IMG/VR virus record: IMGVR_UViG_3300031857_000105
Location: 12,778 to 76,777 of that record
From: a virus
DNA length: 64,000 nucleotides
Reading direction: 5' to 3' (one strand)
The notes under the pieces were generated by a model. It was given only the letters and a program-made list of their open reading frames with translations. It had not been told where the DNA came from and searched no databases. Positions 31,576 to 41,487 of the stretch are shown here, one piece after another (positions within the stretch are counted from its first letter, which is position 1; the number at the start of each line of letters is the position of its first letter). The translations under genes and the position numbers were made by a program.

Positions 31576-32147
31576 AAGATTTTTTAGAAATCAAAGAAGC
31601 TACACCAAGAGATAAATTTAATAAAATACAAGATTTTATTTTATCAGATTCTTTTCCGTGGTTTTATACTGGCACAACAATAAACAATTCATCAGCTGAA
31701 ACTAACTTTAGTTTTTTTCATAGTGCATTTCATTACGAAGATGGCTATTCGTTTATAGGAAAAGACCTTGCTGAATTAGTTACAGAATGTATGGCTACAA
31801 CTGACGTTAAAATTAATTCTCTTTTAAGATTACGATTAGGACTTATAACTAGTACACCAAGTCAAGTAGTACACACTCCACACATAGATTTTTCATTCCC
31901 TCATTATACAGGTTTACTATATCTTAACAACACAGATGGTGAAACTTTTTTGTATGATGAAAAATACGATACTAATCTAGATAAAAAAAATTATGATAAT
32001 TTTGTAAGATCTAAAAAAAATACAATCTTAACAAAAACAAACCCGGAAGAAAACAAAATATTTGTATTTGACGGATTATATTATCACGCCAGTTCTAGCC
32101 CTAGTAGTCATGATCGAAGAGTAGTTCTTACATTTAACTATGTCTAA
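31572..32147 (+). CDS. 2OG-Fe(II) oxygenase-like protein
   Basis: FPWFY...PHID...LLYLNNTDGET...NKIFVFDG.YYHASS.P...RRVVLTFN. Confidence 0.75.
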   Translation: MKDFLEIKEATPRDKFNKIQDFILSDSFPWFYTGTTINNSSAETNFSFFHSAFHYEDGYSFIGKDLAELVTECMATTDVKINSLLRLRLGLITSTPSQVVHTPHIDFSFPHYTGLLYLNNTDGETFLYDEKYDTNLDKKNYDNFVRSKKNTILTKTNPEENKIFVFDGLYYHASSSPSSHDRRVVLTFNYV

Positions 32148-32673
32148 TACTATTATAGAAAACAGTTTGGTTTTAACTACGGATCAAAAAAACTATATTG
32201 ATAAAAATATTTTATCTAATAATATTCCTTGGTTTTTTAGTGAAGATTCTGTATATGCAGATCAAAAAAATTACTTTTCACATGTGCTAATTCATAGGAT
32301 AGAAGATAAAAAAAATTTAGAAATTAATTCTCCTCACACACTTTTTTTTGTAGAAATCTTAAAAAAAATCTGCATAGACAACGATGTTACATGTTCTGAA
32401 ATTCTTAGGGCATCTCTAAACACAACATTTGCAAATAATGATACAACTGGAACAGTACACGTAGATCATGAATTTGATCACATGAATTGCATAGTATATT
32501 TGTCGTCCGTCGACAATGCAGGAACACTTATTTTTGAAAATGATCAAAAAACTATAGCATACAAATCTAATTGTATCAAGTACAGTTATTTGTTGTTTCC
32601 AGGATTATATCACGCTCAATTATTCCCGCCGCCGGGTACAAGAAGAACAGTTTTTGTAGCAACTTTTAAATAA
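32140..32673 (+). CDS. 2OG-Fe(II) oxygenase-like protein
   Basis: IPWFF...LRASLN...HVDH...IVYL...GTLIF...FPGLYHA...RRTVFVATF. Confidence 0.7.
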   Translation: MSNTIIENSLVLTTDQKNYIDKNILSNNIPWFFSEDSVYADQKNYFSHVLIHRIEDKKNLEINSPHTLFFVEILKKICIDNDVTCSEILRASLNTTFANNDTTGTVHVDHEFDHMNCIVYLSSVDNAGTLIFENDQKTIAYKSNCIKYSYLLFPGLYHAQLFPPPGTRRTVFVATFK

Positions 32674-32679
32674 TTGGTA

Positions 32680-33129
32680 TTATATTAAATCGACTATATC
32701 AAATACAGTTTGTAATTTAGTACGAATTGTTTTGTTTGAAAAACTATTACGAAGCCCCTGGTGTAAGGGCTTTGGTGCGTAATCAATAGTTGACCATGCC
32801 CAAGCACAATGCTCATCACTTAGTACAGGAATAAATTCATCTTGTATTACACACAAATATGTGTGAAAATTAAAAACTTTGTCGTTACTAACAAATGTTT
32901 CTAACGGAATTGTTTTGATTATTACTGGCGAAAATCCTATTTCTTCTTGAACTTCACGCTGTAAACCTTGCCACGGATTTTCGTGTTGTAAGTTTGTCCC
33001 CCCAACAAGTCCCCAAGTGCCTGTATGTTTGCCTTGAGATTTTTGTAACATTAAAAATCTCCGTGTTGATTTAGCGTAGAATAATGCTCCGCTACAAACA
33101 ATTTTATCTGTTAAAGATCTAGTCTCCAT
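32680..33129 (-). CDS. Nudix hydrolase
   Basis: Nudix-box variant WGLVGG-x9-LQREVQEEIG. Confidence 0.85.
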   Translation of the reverse strand: METRSLTDKIVCSGALFYAKSTRRFLMLQKSQGKHTGTWGLVGGTNLQHENPWQGLQREVQEEIGFSPVIIKTIPLETFVSNDKVFNFHTYLCVIQDEFIPVLSDEHCAWAWSTIDYAPKPLHQGLRNSFSNKTIRTKLQTVFDIVDLI

Positions 33130-34586
33130 GCACCTGCCTTATATTCACCTTCAAACGATTTGGCCCAAAATACGCCATTCCATACATACTGTACTCCTGT
33201 ATATATATTCGTTTGCCAGATCATAGTGTCAGGTTCTTGAGCAGAATCAAATATTACATTCCAAGCCGTTCCAGACCACTCGATAATATCATTAGCTCGA
33301 GCAATAAAATCAGCACCCAGTGTGGATTTCCAAGCATCTGGTCCGTCATCATTAATTTCAGATCCGATGTCTTCGATGATTAAAAATCTATCACCTGCAT
33401 TAACGTCTTGCATACCGTGTCCTGGATATACTTTTTGTGGATCAATAATAGCATCAAATTTTCCTCGAGCAGTTGCTTGATTAAATCCCATATCGCCTAA
33501 CATATATCCGTTAGAGTCGATGAGCATGTCTTGTGGACGGGTGTCGGTGTCCCACGAAACTGTTAATATTGTTGGATCTAACGGACTAATAGCAACAGTA
33601 CCAACTACTTCTGTGCCGTTAGGTTGAACAAGATACAAACTACTAGACCCTGCTGTATATTTTCCAGGATACTGGTCAAATACTGCTTGCCATTCAATTG
33701 GAGTTCCTTGACGTACTGGAATATCTAATGTGGGTTCACGTGGAATACTACTTTCAGATTTTTGTAATAGTATTGCTTGATTGTTATATACTTGAATATT
33801 GTAGTCTGTAATAGTTACAACATCGCGAGTAAGCAGTTGACCCATAGTAACTTCAGCACCAGCAAGCGGTTGTCCTAGACCTTCTATGTAAGTATTCTTA
33901 TCTATAGTTGCGCCGTCATAAAGACTAGTAATAATTTTAGTAATAACACCAAGATGTTTAACTTTAACTGGTGGACTGATCCAAATTGGAGTATCGAAAT
34001 TCAATGACGCGATATCGATAGGACTGTCGTTTCCAATAGGAACTGTACGGCTTGACCAATTAACTTGTCCTAAATTTAAAATAGTAAGACTAGTCCAGTC
34101 AATATAATTGTCTGTTGTTTGTAATTCTAAACTTGGATTAAACAGTACTAGAATTTGCTCCATTAATTGTAATTTTTGCTCAGTGTTTGCAGTCCATATA
34201 TCACATTTTAAAGACAACTTAAATGGAGTTGGCATTAAACGTTCTACAGTATAGTTACGCCCTTGCCCAGTAGTGTATACAGGATTGTCAGGATCTGCAT
34301 TATTAATTTCGCGCTCACGCACATGAACTTTTCCAACATAGCTAGGGTCTCCTAGTCTATTTCTATCTAATTCTAATCCGCTAATGTAAACACTCATACG
34401 TGGAACACTATTGATTTTGTTTTCACTGTTTTGACGAATAATACTAGCAGCTTGTCTGTCAGCATCTCCGTACATAACTGGTACACGTACTAATGTACCG
34501 TCACCGTATCGTACTGTAAAGTTACTTAATACACGAATAGTCTGTGTAATATAACGTCTAATTTGTCCGTCATAAAAATGTTGCAT
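33111..34586 (-). CDS. Tail completion/sheath stabiliser protein (T4 gp15-like) with C-terminal extension
   Basis: FYDGQIRRY...VPVMYG...PRMS...PTPFKL...DIW..N..QKLQL.EQIL.LFNPS; adjacent to the neck genes. Confidence 0.65.
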   Translation of the reverse strand: MQHFYDGQIRRYITQTIRVLSNFTVRYGDGTLVRVPVMYGDADRQAASIIRQNSENKINSVPRMSVYISGLELDRNRLGDPSYVGKVHVREREINNADPDNPVYTTGQGRNYTVERLMPTPFKLSLKCDIWTANTEQKLQLMEQILVLFNPSLELQTTDNYIDWTSLTILNLGQVNWSSRTVPIGNDSPIDIASLNFDTPIWISPPVKVKHLGVITKIITSLYDGATIDKNTYIEGLGQPLAGAEVTMGQLLTRDVVTITDYNIQVYNNQAILLQKSESSIPREPTLDIPVRQGTPIEWQAVFDQYPGKYTAGSSSLYLVQPNGTEVVGTVAISPLDPTILTVSWDTDTRPQDMLIDSNGYMLGDMGFNQATARGKFDAIIDPQKVYPGHGMQDVNAGDRFLIIEDIGSEINDDGPDAWKSTLGADFIARANDIIEWSGTAWNVIFDSAQEPDTMIWQTNIYTGVQYVWNGVFWAKSFEGEYKAGAWRLDL

Positions 34587-36163
34587 TATAAATCTGCCTT
34601 TGGTCTAAGAGCTTTTGATAAACTTTGTCGTTGTGCTTCTCTGTTGTTGCATAGACTTAGTTTCCATAATCCGTCATATGGTAAAAATTCTGAAGCTGTT
34701 CCTGTATTATTAATATTACCAGAATTTGTAGCAACAAAAGTAGTTCCTACAGTATTAGAAGTTGCACCAAGCAATGTGAAATCTGTATTTCCTAAACTTG
34801 TAATTTTATAAGATTTTCCAACTGTAAAATAACCATCAGAAAATTCTGGAAGTGTAATTCTTACTTTACCAGCATTGTTGGAAATGATACCACTATTTTC
34901 TTCAACTACGTATACTATTTCTACTGTTTCTAATTTAAAGACAACATATAATGATTCTTGATAATCAATAGGTGTATCGAACACATAGTTGTAATTTACT
35001 GGAATAGATGTTGCTGGCGGAATAATTGGAGGAGGAAGCTTCAGCCAATCGATTCCAACTGCTTCGTTATAGATATAAGTTGTGTTATTGATAAATCCTG
35101 TAGTATGTGTTTGACGAGTATCGTTGTTAGTCATATTCATACGTACTGCATCTTCTACTTTAATCCAACGTGCTCCGTCAAAGCGGAATAGTCTATTGGG
35201 CATAAAATCTGTACGCAAAAAGAAATCATCTGGGCCTGCTGTTTCTGGAAACTGAATACCGTGTCCAAAGTCGTATCCGTTTTGCGGAAATCCATCGCCA
35301 ACTAAAAATCCTGTATAACCAGTTCTAACAGGTCGTTTATTAGACTCTAATGCAGTGATTGAAGTTATACTTGCGTCGAGTGTGTCAGTATCAGAAGTAT
35401 TAAGAGTAGTTTTACCTTGCTCATCCACGGCTAACGTATAAAACTGACGAGTTTCGTAACCGCTTTTTGGAGAGTCTGCTTCTGCTTGTAGTATTACAGC
35501 ATCGTTGATTTGTAGTTCAGCACCACGAGTACTTAAAATATCACGTAGTGTTTTATCAATAGGATTGCCGTTGGCATCAATTGCTGGTTTATCAAGGATG
35601 TCAGCAAATTGTTGAGCATCTGTAATCTTTTTAAGACGCAATCTATACAAGTGTGGATACCAAGTCGCACTAAAACCTTCGCTAGCACGACCCACATCTT
35701 CAATAACATAATATCGTGGCAGGCCAATTTCGTATTCGTTTAACGCAAAATTATCACGTAAATGTGGTAATTCTAACACGTCACCACTTAGGGGTTTTCT
35801 GCCAATGTAATTAACAAAATCGTTAATATGAACAGTCATGTAAATTGTGTCATTGTCAATAAACAGACCAAACTGGCTTAGGTTAAAGTCAATGTTTTGT
35901 ACATTGTAAATACCGCGAATTCTGTAAATTTCTTCGCTGTATTTCCTATCGCGATTTTCTAAAAATAACAAATCTTGAATATTTGTTTCTTTCACAGCAT
36001 CGTATATAGGCTGATCTGCGGTACCTTCTGTGGCTATTTTAGGGCCTAGGTACTTGTGCAAGTACACATCCGTGCCGCCAACCTGAAACATCTCAGAAAT
36101 TTGACGATCCATGAACTTGTAATCTTGCCCTCTTTCGGGTTTGTATAATGATAAACGTGGCAT
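34586..36163 (-). CDS. Neck protein (T4 gp14-like)
   Basis: E.FQVGGTDVY...D.LF.E...LSQFGLF...GDVLELP...YVIEDV; next to the gp13- and gp15-like genes. Confidence 0.6.
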   Translation of the reverse strand: MPRLSLYKPERGQDYKFMDRQISEMFQVGGTDVYLHKYLGPKIATEGTADQPIYDAVKETNIQDLLFLENRDRKYSEEIYRIRGIYNVQNIDFNLSQFGLFIDNDTIYMTVHINDFVNYIGRKPLSGDVLELPHLRDNFALNEYEIGLPRYYVIEDVGRASEGFSATWYPHLYRLRLKKITDAQQFADILDKPAIDANGNPIDKTLRDILSTRGAELQINDAVILQAEADSPKSGYETRQFYTLAVDEQGKTTLNTSDTDTLDASITSITALESNKRPVRTGYTGFLVGDGFPQNGYDFGHGIQFPETAGPDDFFLRTDFMPNRLFRFDGARWIKVEDAVRMNMTNNDTRQTHTTGFINNTTYIYNEAVGIDWLKLPPPIIPPATSIPVNYNYVFDTPIDYQESLYVVFKLETVEIVYVVEENSGIISNNAGKVRITLPEFSDGYFTVGKSYKITSLGNTDFTLLGATSNTVGTTFVATNSGNINNTGTASEFLPYDGLWKLSLCNNREAQRQSLSKALRPKADL

Positions 36164-36168
36164 AATGA

Positions 36169-36188
36169 TATTTATCGTAAGATAAATA
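36169..36188. promoter_or_regulatory. Divergent late-type promoter pair
   Basis: Perfect inverted repeat TATTTATC-GTAA-GATAAATA, giving GATAAATA on both strands between the gp14-like and gp13-like genes. Confidence 0.6.
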
Positions 36189-36205
36189 TACTAGGAGAAC
36201 TTATA

Positions 36206-37000
36206 ATGGCAGATATTTACCCAACAAATCCAGGCGAATCCGACAGTACATTAGAGCGTAATAAAGCATTTGATTACGTTAAAACAATGCTGGCTGATGG
36301 TATGGTTGAAGTGGAACTTGATCCTAAACACTACGAAATAGCGTTAGACCGAGCACTTAATAAATTCCGCCAGCGTAGTAGCAATGCTGTAGAAGAAAGT
36401 TACATGTTTCTAGAACTACAACAAGACGTAAATGAGTATAGATTGCCAAACGAAATTATAGAAGTTCAAAGTATTTTTAGACGGGCAGTAGGTTCACGCA
36501 GTGGCAATGGAGCAGGCGGCACGTTGTTTGAGCCGTTCAACTTGGCCTATACAAACAGTTATTTGCTATCAGGTTCTATGATGGGCGGATTAGCAACATA
36601 CGAACTATTTGCTGGATACCAAAAATTAGTAGGACGTATGTTTGGCGCATACATTGAATTCAAATGGCGTCAAAGTAATCATATGCTAACAGTATTGCAA
36701 CGTCCGTTTGCACAAGGTGAACAAGTTCTATTAAGAACACACAACTATCGTCCTGATTTTGTATTACTACAAGACATATATGCAAAACAGTGGCTATACG
36801 ACTATACTCTTGCAGTATGTAAATTAATGCTAGGTGAAGCTCGTAGCAAATTTGGAAATATTGCAGGCCCAGGAGGATCGGGTATTCAACTTAACGGCGC
36901 AGCATTAAAAGCAGAAGGAGACAAGGAAGTTGAAAAACTCGAAAAAGAAATATACGATTATGTTCCTGGCGGTACACCGTTAACATTTGTAATTGGTTAA
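36206..37000 (+). CDS. Neck protein (T4 gp13-like)
   Basis: VEVELD..HYE.A.DRAL..F...WLYDYTLA.CK.MLGEARSKF...PGG..IQLNG..LK.EG..E...LE.E. Confidence 0.75.
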   Translation: MADIYPTNPGESDSTLERNKAFDYVKTMLADGMVEVELDPKHYEIALDRALNKFRQRSSNAVEESYMFLELQQDVNEYRLPNEIIEVQSIFRRAVGSRSGNGAGGTLFEPFNLAYTNSYLLSGSMMGGLATYELFAGYQKLVGRMFGAYIEFKWRQSNHMLTVLQRPFAQGEQVLLRTHNYRPDFVLLQDIYAKQWLYDYTLAVCKLMLGEARSKFGNIAGPGGSGIQLNGAALKAEGDKEVEKLEKEIYDYVPGGTPLTFVIG

Positions 37001-37007
37001 AAATCTC

Positions 37008-37036
37008 TTGACCTTGTAATAAAACTGTTATATACT
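37008..37036 (+). promoter_or_regulatory. sigma70-type (early) promoter
   Basis: TTGACC-17 nt-TATACT upstream of the dNMP kinase, followed by an AGGAG RBS. Confidence 0.7.
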
Positions 37037-37058
37037 AGTGGCTCACTAGGAGACTTCT

Positions 37059-37757
37059 ATGATTATTGGCGTATGCGGTTTTATTGGTTCTGGCAAAGAT
37101 ACTATTGCCGATTACTTAACTAACTTCCATGAATTCCGACGAGAATCATTCGCCAATACCCTTAAAGATGCCGTAGCTAACGTGTTTGGTTGGGACAGAA
37201 CAATGTTAGAAGGTCGTACAAAACAAGCTCGTGAATGGCGCGAACAAGTAGATCCGTGGTGGGCAGAACGTTTGAACATGCCTAATTTGACTCCTCGTTG
37301 GGTGCTACAATATTGGGGCACTGAAGTTTGCCGAAGAGGATTCCATGATGATATTTGGATTGCAAGTCTAGAAAATAAACTCCGCAACAGTCGAGATGAT
37401 GTAGTAATATCAGATTGTCGTTTTCCTAACGAAATTAAGTCAATTAAAGACGCAGGCGGAATTGTAGTACGTGTTGTCCGTGGCGAAGAACCTGAATGGT
37501 ACGAAGATGCTATCAATGCTAACCGAGGAGAAAACGGTAATTTTTCATGGTCTACAAGCCGTAGCAGACTTGAAAAACTAGGCATCCATGCTAGTGAAAC
37601 AGCATGGGTAGGAACTAAGTTTGACGCTGTGCTAGATAACAATGGCAGTATTGACGACCTGTTTGCCCAAGTTAGAGGTCTGGTACAAGATCACCTTGCT
37701 TCCACTTCACACCCTCACGGTGAAGCAGTCTTTGACAATTTGAACATACCGTCTTGA
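37059..37757 (+). CDS. Deoxynucleoside monophosphate kinase (T4 gp1-like)
   Basis: MIIGVCGFIGSGKDT P-loop; SFA..LKD; TPRWVLQYWGTEV.R; VVISDCRFPNE. Confidence 0.9.
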   Translation: MIIGVCGFIGSGKDTIADYLTNFHEFRRESFANTLKDAVANVFGWDRTMLEGRTKQAREWREQVDPWWAERLNMPNLTPRWVLQYWGTEVCRRGFHDDIWIASLENKLRNSRDDVVISDCRFPNEIKSIKDAGGIVVRVVRGEEPEWYEDAINANRGENGNFSWSTSRSRLEKLGIHASETAWVGTKFDAVLDNNGSIDDLFAQVRGLVQDHLASTSHPHGEAVFDNLNIPS

Positions 37758-38007
37758 GATTAGTGTGTCGGCAGTTGTTTAGATCGCCGTCCACATGAAA
37801 CACATTAAACACCTCTGAGTAAAGGCTTTTAAACCCACACTTATCGCAGGTGTTTTTCATTTTATAGCCAGCACGATGCCATCGTGCAATTCCAGCATAT
37901 TTGCCACCTTTAAGGCAAGCCTCACATAATTTTCTATAGTAGGTTCTACCGTTTTTAACATAGTTAACGGCAGCTGGTCTATATCCACACGAACATAATG
38001 GTCTCAT
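37672..38007 (-). CDS. Small Zn-binding HNH-like protein
   Basis: CxC, CxxC, CDKCG...VFHVDGDLNN...NLKTVCSNCQR (HNH-type fold); overlaps the kinase 3' end convergently. Confidence 0.65.
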   Translation of the reverse strand: MRPLCSCGYRPAAVNYVKNGRTYYRKLCEACLKGGKYAGIARWHRAGYKMKNTCDKCGFKSLYSEVFNVFHVDGDLNNCRHTNLKTVCSNCQRLLHREGVKWKQGDLVPDL

Positions 38008-38111
38008 ATTTTATTTAAGCCTTTTCCGTCCCTTTTTCAGAGTGTATTACAAGTATAAAAAGCCAAAAAGCACTAAATACAATTAGGAATAGTATTCACG
38101 GAGATTACAAC

Positions 38112-41100
38112 ATGGCCCAATTAAGTTCACCAGGCGTAAGCGTATCAGTTATAGACGAAAGTTTCTATACTAGTGCAGCTCCTGGAACAACCCCTTTAAT
38201 TATCGTCGCATCTGAACAAGACAAAGCAAATGGTTCAGGCACTGGCACAGCACAAGGTACTACACAAGCAAATGCTGGAAAAGTATATTTGCTAACAAGT
38301 CAAAAAGACTTGGCAGATACATTTGGTACCCCTGTCTTTAAAACTGATGCAAACAACAACCCAATACACGCTGGAGAGCAAAACGAATATGGCCTCCAAA
38401 CAGCTTACAGTTATTTAGGTGTAAGTAATCGTGCGTATGTAGTACGTGCAGATCTTGACTTAGCACAGTTAGAAGCAACATCAGTTGCACCAACTGGTGA
38501 TCCTGAAAACGGAACGTATTGGTTTGATTCATCGAGCACTAAGTTTGGTATTTTTCAATGGAACGGCGGATTAGCAACTACTACAAGTGGACAAACATTT
38601 GGAAATAAAATACCAACTGTAATTACAGATTCAGCACAAGTAGAATCAGGTGCGCCTAAAGCAAATATTGGACAATCTGGCGATTATGCAGTAGTAGCAA
38701 CTAGCCAAGTTTATTCATTATGGTTTAAAAAATCAAAAACAGATACAGATAGCGGAACATGGGTAAAAGTAGGAAGCGAAGCATGGTCAGCAAGTTGGCC
38801 TACTGTGCAAGGTACTGCAGCAAATCCAACACTAGCATCCGGTGATTCTATCATAATCAACGGAACAACTGTTACAGGTCATATCAATATAGATACACTA
38901 GTAGCAGACATTAATGCAGGGGTTGACGGTGATCCTGATGCTGATAATAATTCAGCTATCATTCCAGGTGTTACAGCCGCAGTTATTAATGGTAGATTAG
39001 AATTATACTCAACTGGCGATGATGTTATTGTATCAGGTACATTGTGTGCAGCACTAGGTGTTGTAGCTGGAACTTACAAAGCACCAGCATTACAAATTAG
39101 CGCACATACTAGCGTACCACAGTGGAAGCGTACTTTAACTACATATAACAATAACAGTGCAACTGGTTCTGTATGGATCAAAACAACTGAACCTAATTTA
39201 GGTTCTCGTTGGAGAGTTAAAGTTTATAATTCAACAACTAAAGCCTGGGAGGAAAAAACAGCACCGTTGTATCCAAATTCAGCGGCTGCATTGAAAGGAT
39301 TAGACACAGCAGGCGGCGGCATTAACCTAGCTCAAGGCGCATTGTACGTAAAATATAACTTAGAAGAAAGCGAAACAAGACCAATCGCTGATTTTAGAAT
39401 TCAAACTAGAAAAGTATCCGGCGCAACAAGAATCACATCTAGCTCAACATTTACTGCGGTTAGTGTAGGAAACAATGGAAAAATTGTTACAATTGGTGAG
39501 TCAGTTAAAGGACAATCATTTTCAACATTAGATTTTGACGGAGACCCAATTAGTTTCACTGTTGCACAAAACGATACTGTTAATGAAATTATTACAAAGT
39601 TGTTAAATGCAGTACAACAAAATTCTACAATCCCTTCAGGTCTTACAAGAGTTGCATACACAACAAGAATTACAGCAGAAAACGTTGAAGGCCGCTTAGT
39701 TCTTAAGCATTTAGATGGCGGCGAAATATACTTACAAGATTCTAACGGAACTGTAGTTGCTGACTTATTTGGCCCAGTGTGGAACGGTTTAACTGGTACT
39801 TTAAACTTCTATGACTGGCCAAACCAAGGCTCGGCCGGTGATAAATTTGTAGCCAGCAATTGGACTCCATTTAATGCTATAACAGCAAGTGCCGATGCTC
39901 CAACAACAGAGCCAGTTGCAGAGCAGTTATGGTACAGTTCAATGGTCGACGAAGTAGACATTATGGTTCACAATGGCACTACATGGGTTGGCTATCGTTC
40001 ATTATACCCAAGTACAGATCCTATGGGTCCTATTGTAAGAGCTACTCGCCCAGTTAATGGCGACCGTTCAGACGGTGCTAATCTTGCTGACCGAGATTTA
40101 TGGATTGACACTAGTGACTTAGAAAACTATCCAACAATTTACAAGTGGATTGACAGCACTAAAAAATGGGTACTAATTGACACAGCAGATCAAACAACTG
40201 AAGACGGAATTATTTTTGCAGATGCACGTTGGGCAGCTTCTGGTGATGCAGTTGATCCTGCAAGCATCGAAACATTGCTAACAAGTGATTTCTTAGACCC
40301 AGATGCTCCAGATCCTGATTTGTATCCACAAGGTATGTTGTTGTGGAATTTACGTCGTTCAGGGTTTAACGTAAAACGTTTTGTACGTGACTACATTGAT
40401 TTAAATGCAGACAACACTAGATACAACGATGAAGCAATGGGCGGTGACGGCATTGTAGATCCGTATTATCCACATCGTTGGGTTACTGAGTCTGGAAATC
40501 AAGTTAATGGCGCTGGAACATTTGGCCGCAAAGCTCAACGTAAAGTTGTTATTCAAGCACTACAAGCATTAGTAAATAGTAATCAAGAAATGCGTGATGA
40601 AGAATCGCGTGTGTTTAACTTAATTGCTTGTCCAGGATATCCAGAGCTAATTGGAGAAATGATTAATTTAAACTACGATCGCGGATTAACATCTTTTGTA
40701 GTTGGTGATACTCCAGCTCGTTTAACACCAGATGCTACTACATTGAATAACTGGGGTAAAAACGTTGCAGGCGCAGTAGAAGATAACGATGACGGCTTAG
40801 TAAGCAGTGACGAATACTTTGGTGTATTTTATCCATGGGGTTACACAAGTGACAACATTGGAAACAACATCGTTGTTCCACCAAGCCATATGATTTTACG
40901 CACTATTGCATTAAATGACCAAGTTAGTTATCCATGGTTCGCTCCAGCTGGAACACGCCGTGGTGGTATTACTAATGCATCAGCAGTTGGATATATTACT
41001 AGCGAAGGCGAATTCCAGTCAGTATCATTGAATACTGGACAGCGCGATACACTTGCTGATAGTAAGATTAATCCAATTACATTCATTACAGGAACAGGAC

Positions 41101-41468
41101 TTGTTAACTACGGACAATATACTCGTGCTAGAAACGCTAGTGCATTGGATCGTATTAATGTAGCTCGTTTAGTAATTTATCTACGTCGTCAATTTTCACT
41201 ATTGGCAAAACCATATGTGTTTGAACCAAATGACAAGATTACACGAGACGAGTTAAAAGGTGCAGCAGAAAGTCTATTGCTCGAGTTAGTAGGACAACGT
41301 GCTCTATACGACTACATTGTAGTTTGTGATACAAGCAACAATACTCCAGCACGTATTGACAGAAACGAACTATATCTAGACGTTGCGATTGAACCAGTTA
41401 AAGCAGTTGAATTTATTTACATTCCACTACGCTTGAAGAACACTGGCGAAATCAAAGGCCTAGCATAA
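38112..41468 (+). CDS. gp18: Contractile tail sheath protein (gp18-like), 1118 aa
   Basis: LSSPGVSVSVIDES N-terminus; C-terminal PWFAPAG.RRG...INPI...ALDRINVARL..YL...FEPND..TR...VVCD.SNNTPARIDRNELY.D.AIEPVKAVEFIYI. Confidence 0.95.
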   Translation: MAQLSSPGVSVSVIDESFYTSAAPGTTPLIIVASEQDKANGSGTGTAQGTTQANAGKVYLLTSQKDLADTFGTPVFKTDANNNPIHAGEQNEYGLQTAYSYLGVSNRAYVVRADLDLAQLEATSVAPTGDPENGTYWFDSSSTKFGIFQWNGGLATTTSGQTFGNKIPTVITDSAQVESGAPKANIGQSGDYAVVATSQVYSLWFKKSKTDTDSGTWVKVGSEAWSASWPTVQGTAANPTLASGDSIIINGTTVTGHINIDTLVADINAGVDGDPDADNNSAIIPGVTAAVINGRLELYSTGDDVIVSGTLCAALGVVAGTYKAPALQISAHTSVPQWKRTLTTYNNNSATGSVWIKTTEPNLGSRWRVKVYNSTTKAWEEKTAPLYPNSAAALKGLDTAGGGINLAQGALYVKYNLEESETRPIADFRIQTRKVSGATRITSSSTFTAVSVGNNGKIVTIGESVKGQSFSTLDFDGDPISFTVAQNDTVNEIITKLLNAVQQNSTIPSGLTRVAYTTRITAENVEGRLVLKHLDGGEIYLQDSNGTVVADLFGPVWNGLTGTLNFYDWPNQGSAGDKFVASNWTPFNAITASADAPTTEPVAEQLWYSSMVDEVDIMVHNGTTWVGYRSLYPSTDPMGPIVRATRPVNGDRSDGANLADRDLWIDTSDLENYPTIYKWIDSTKKWVLIDTADQTTEDGIIFADARWAASGDAVDPASIETLLTSDFLDPDAPDPDLYPQGMLLWNLRRSGFNVKRFVRDYIDLNADNTRYNDEAMGGDGIVDPYYPHRWVTESGNQVNGAGTFGRKAQRKVVIQALQALVNSNQEMRDEESRVFNLIACPGYPELIGEMINLNYDRGLTSFVVGDTPARLTPDATTLNNWGKNVAGAVEDNDDGLVSSDEYFGVFYPWGYTSDNIGNNIVVPPSHMILRTIALNDQVSYPWFAPAGTRRGGITNASAVGYITSEGEFQSVSLNTGQRDTLADSKINPITFITGTGLVNYGQYTRARNASALDRINVARLVIYLRRQFSLLAKPYVFEPNDKITRDELKGAAESLLLELVGQRALYDYIVVCDTSNNTPARIDRNELYLDVAIEPVKAVEFIYIPLRLKNTGEIKGLA

Positions 41469-41487
41469 TAATAACGGAGCATACAAA

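Noticed and set aside
37672-38007. HNH gene as a mobile intron/homing element
   Set aside because: The flanking genes are uninterrupted and no intron structure is evident; treated as a free-standing small HNH-like gene
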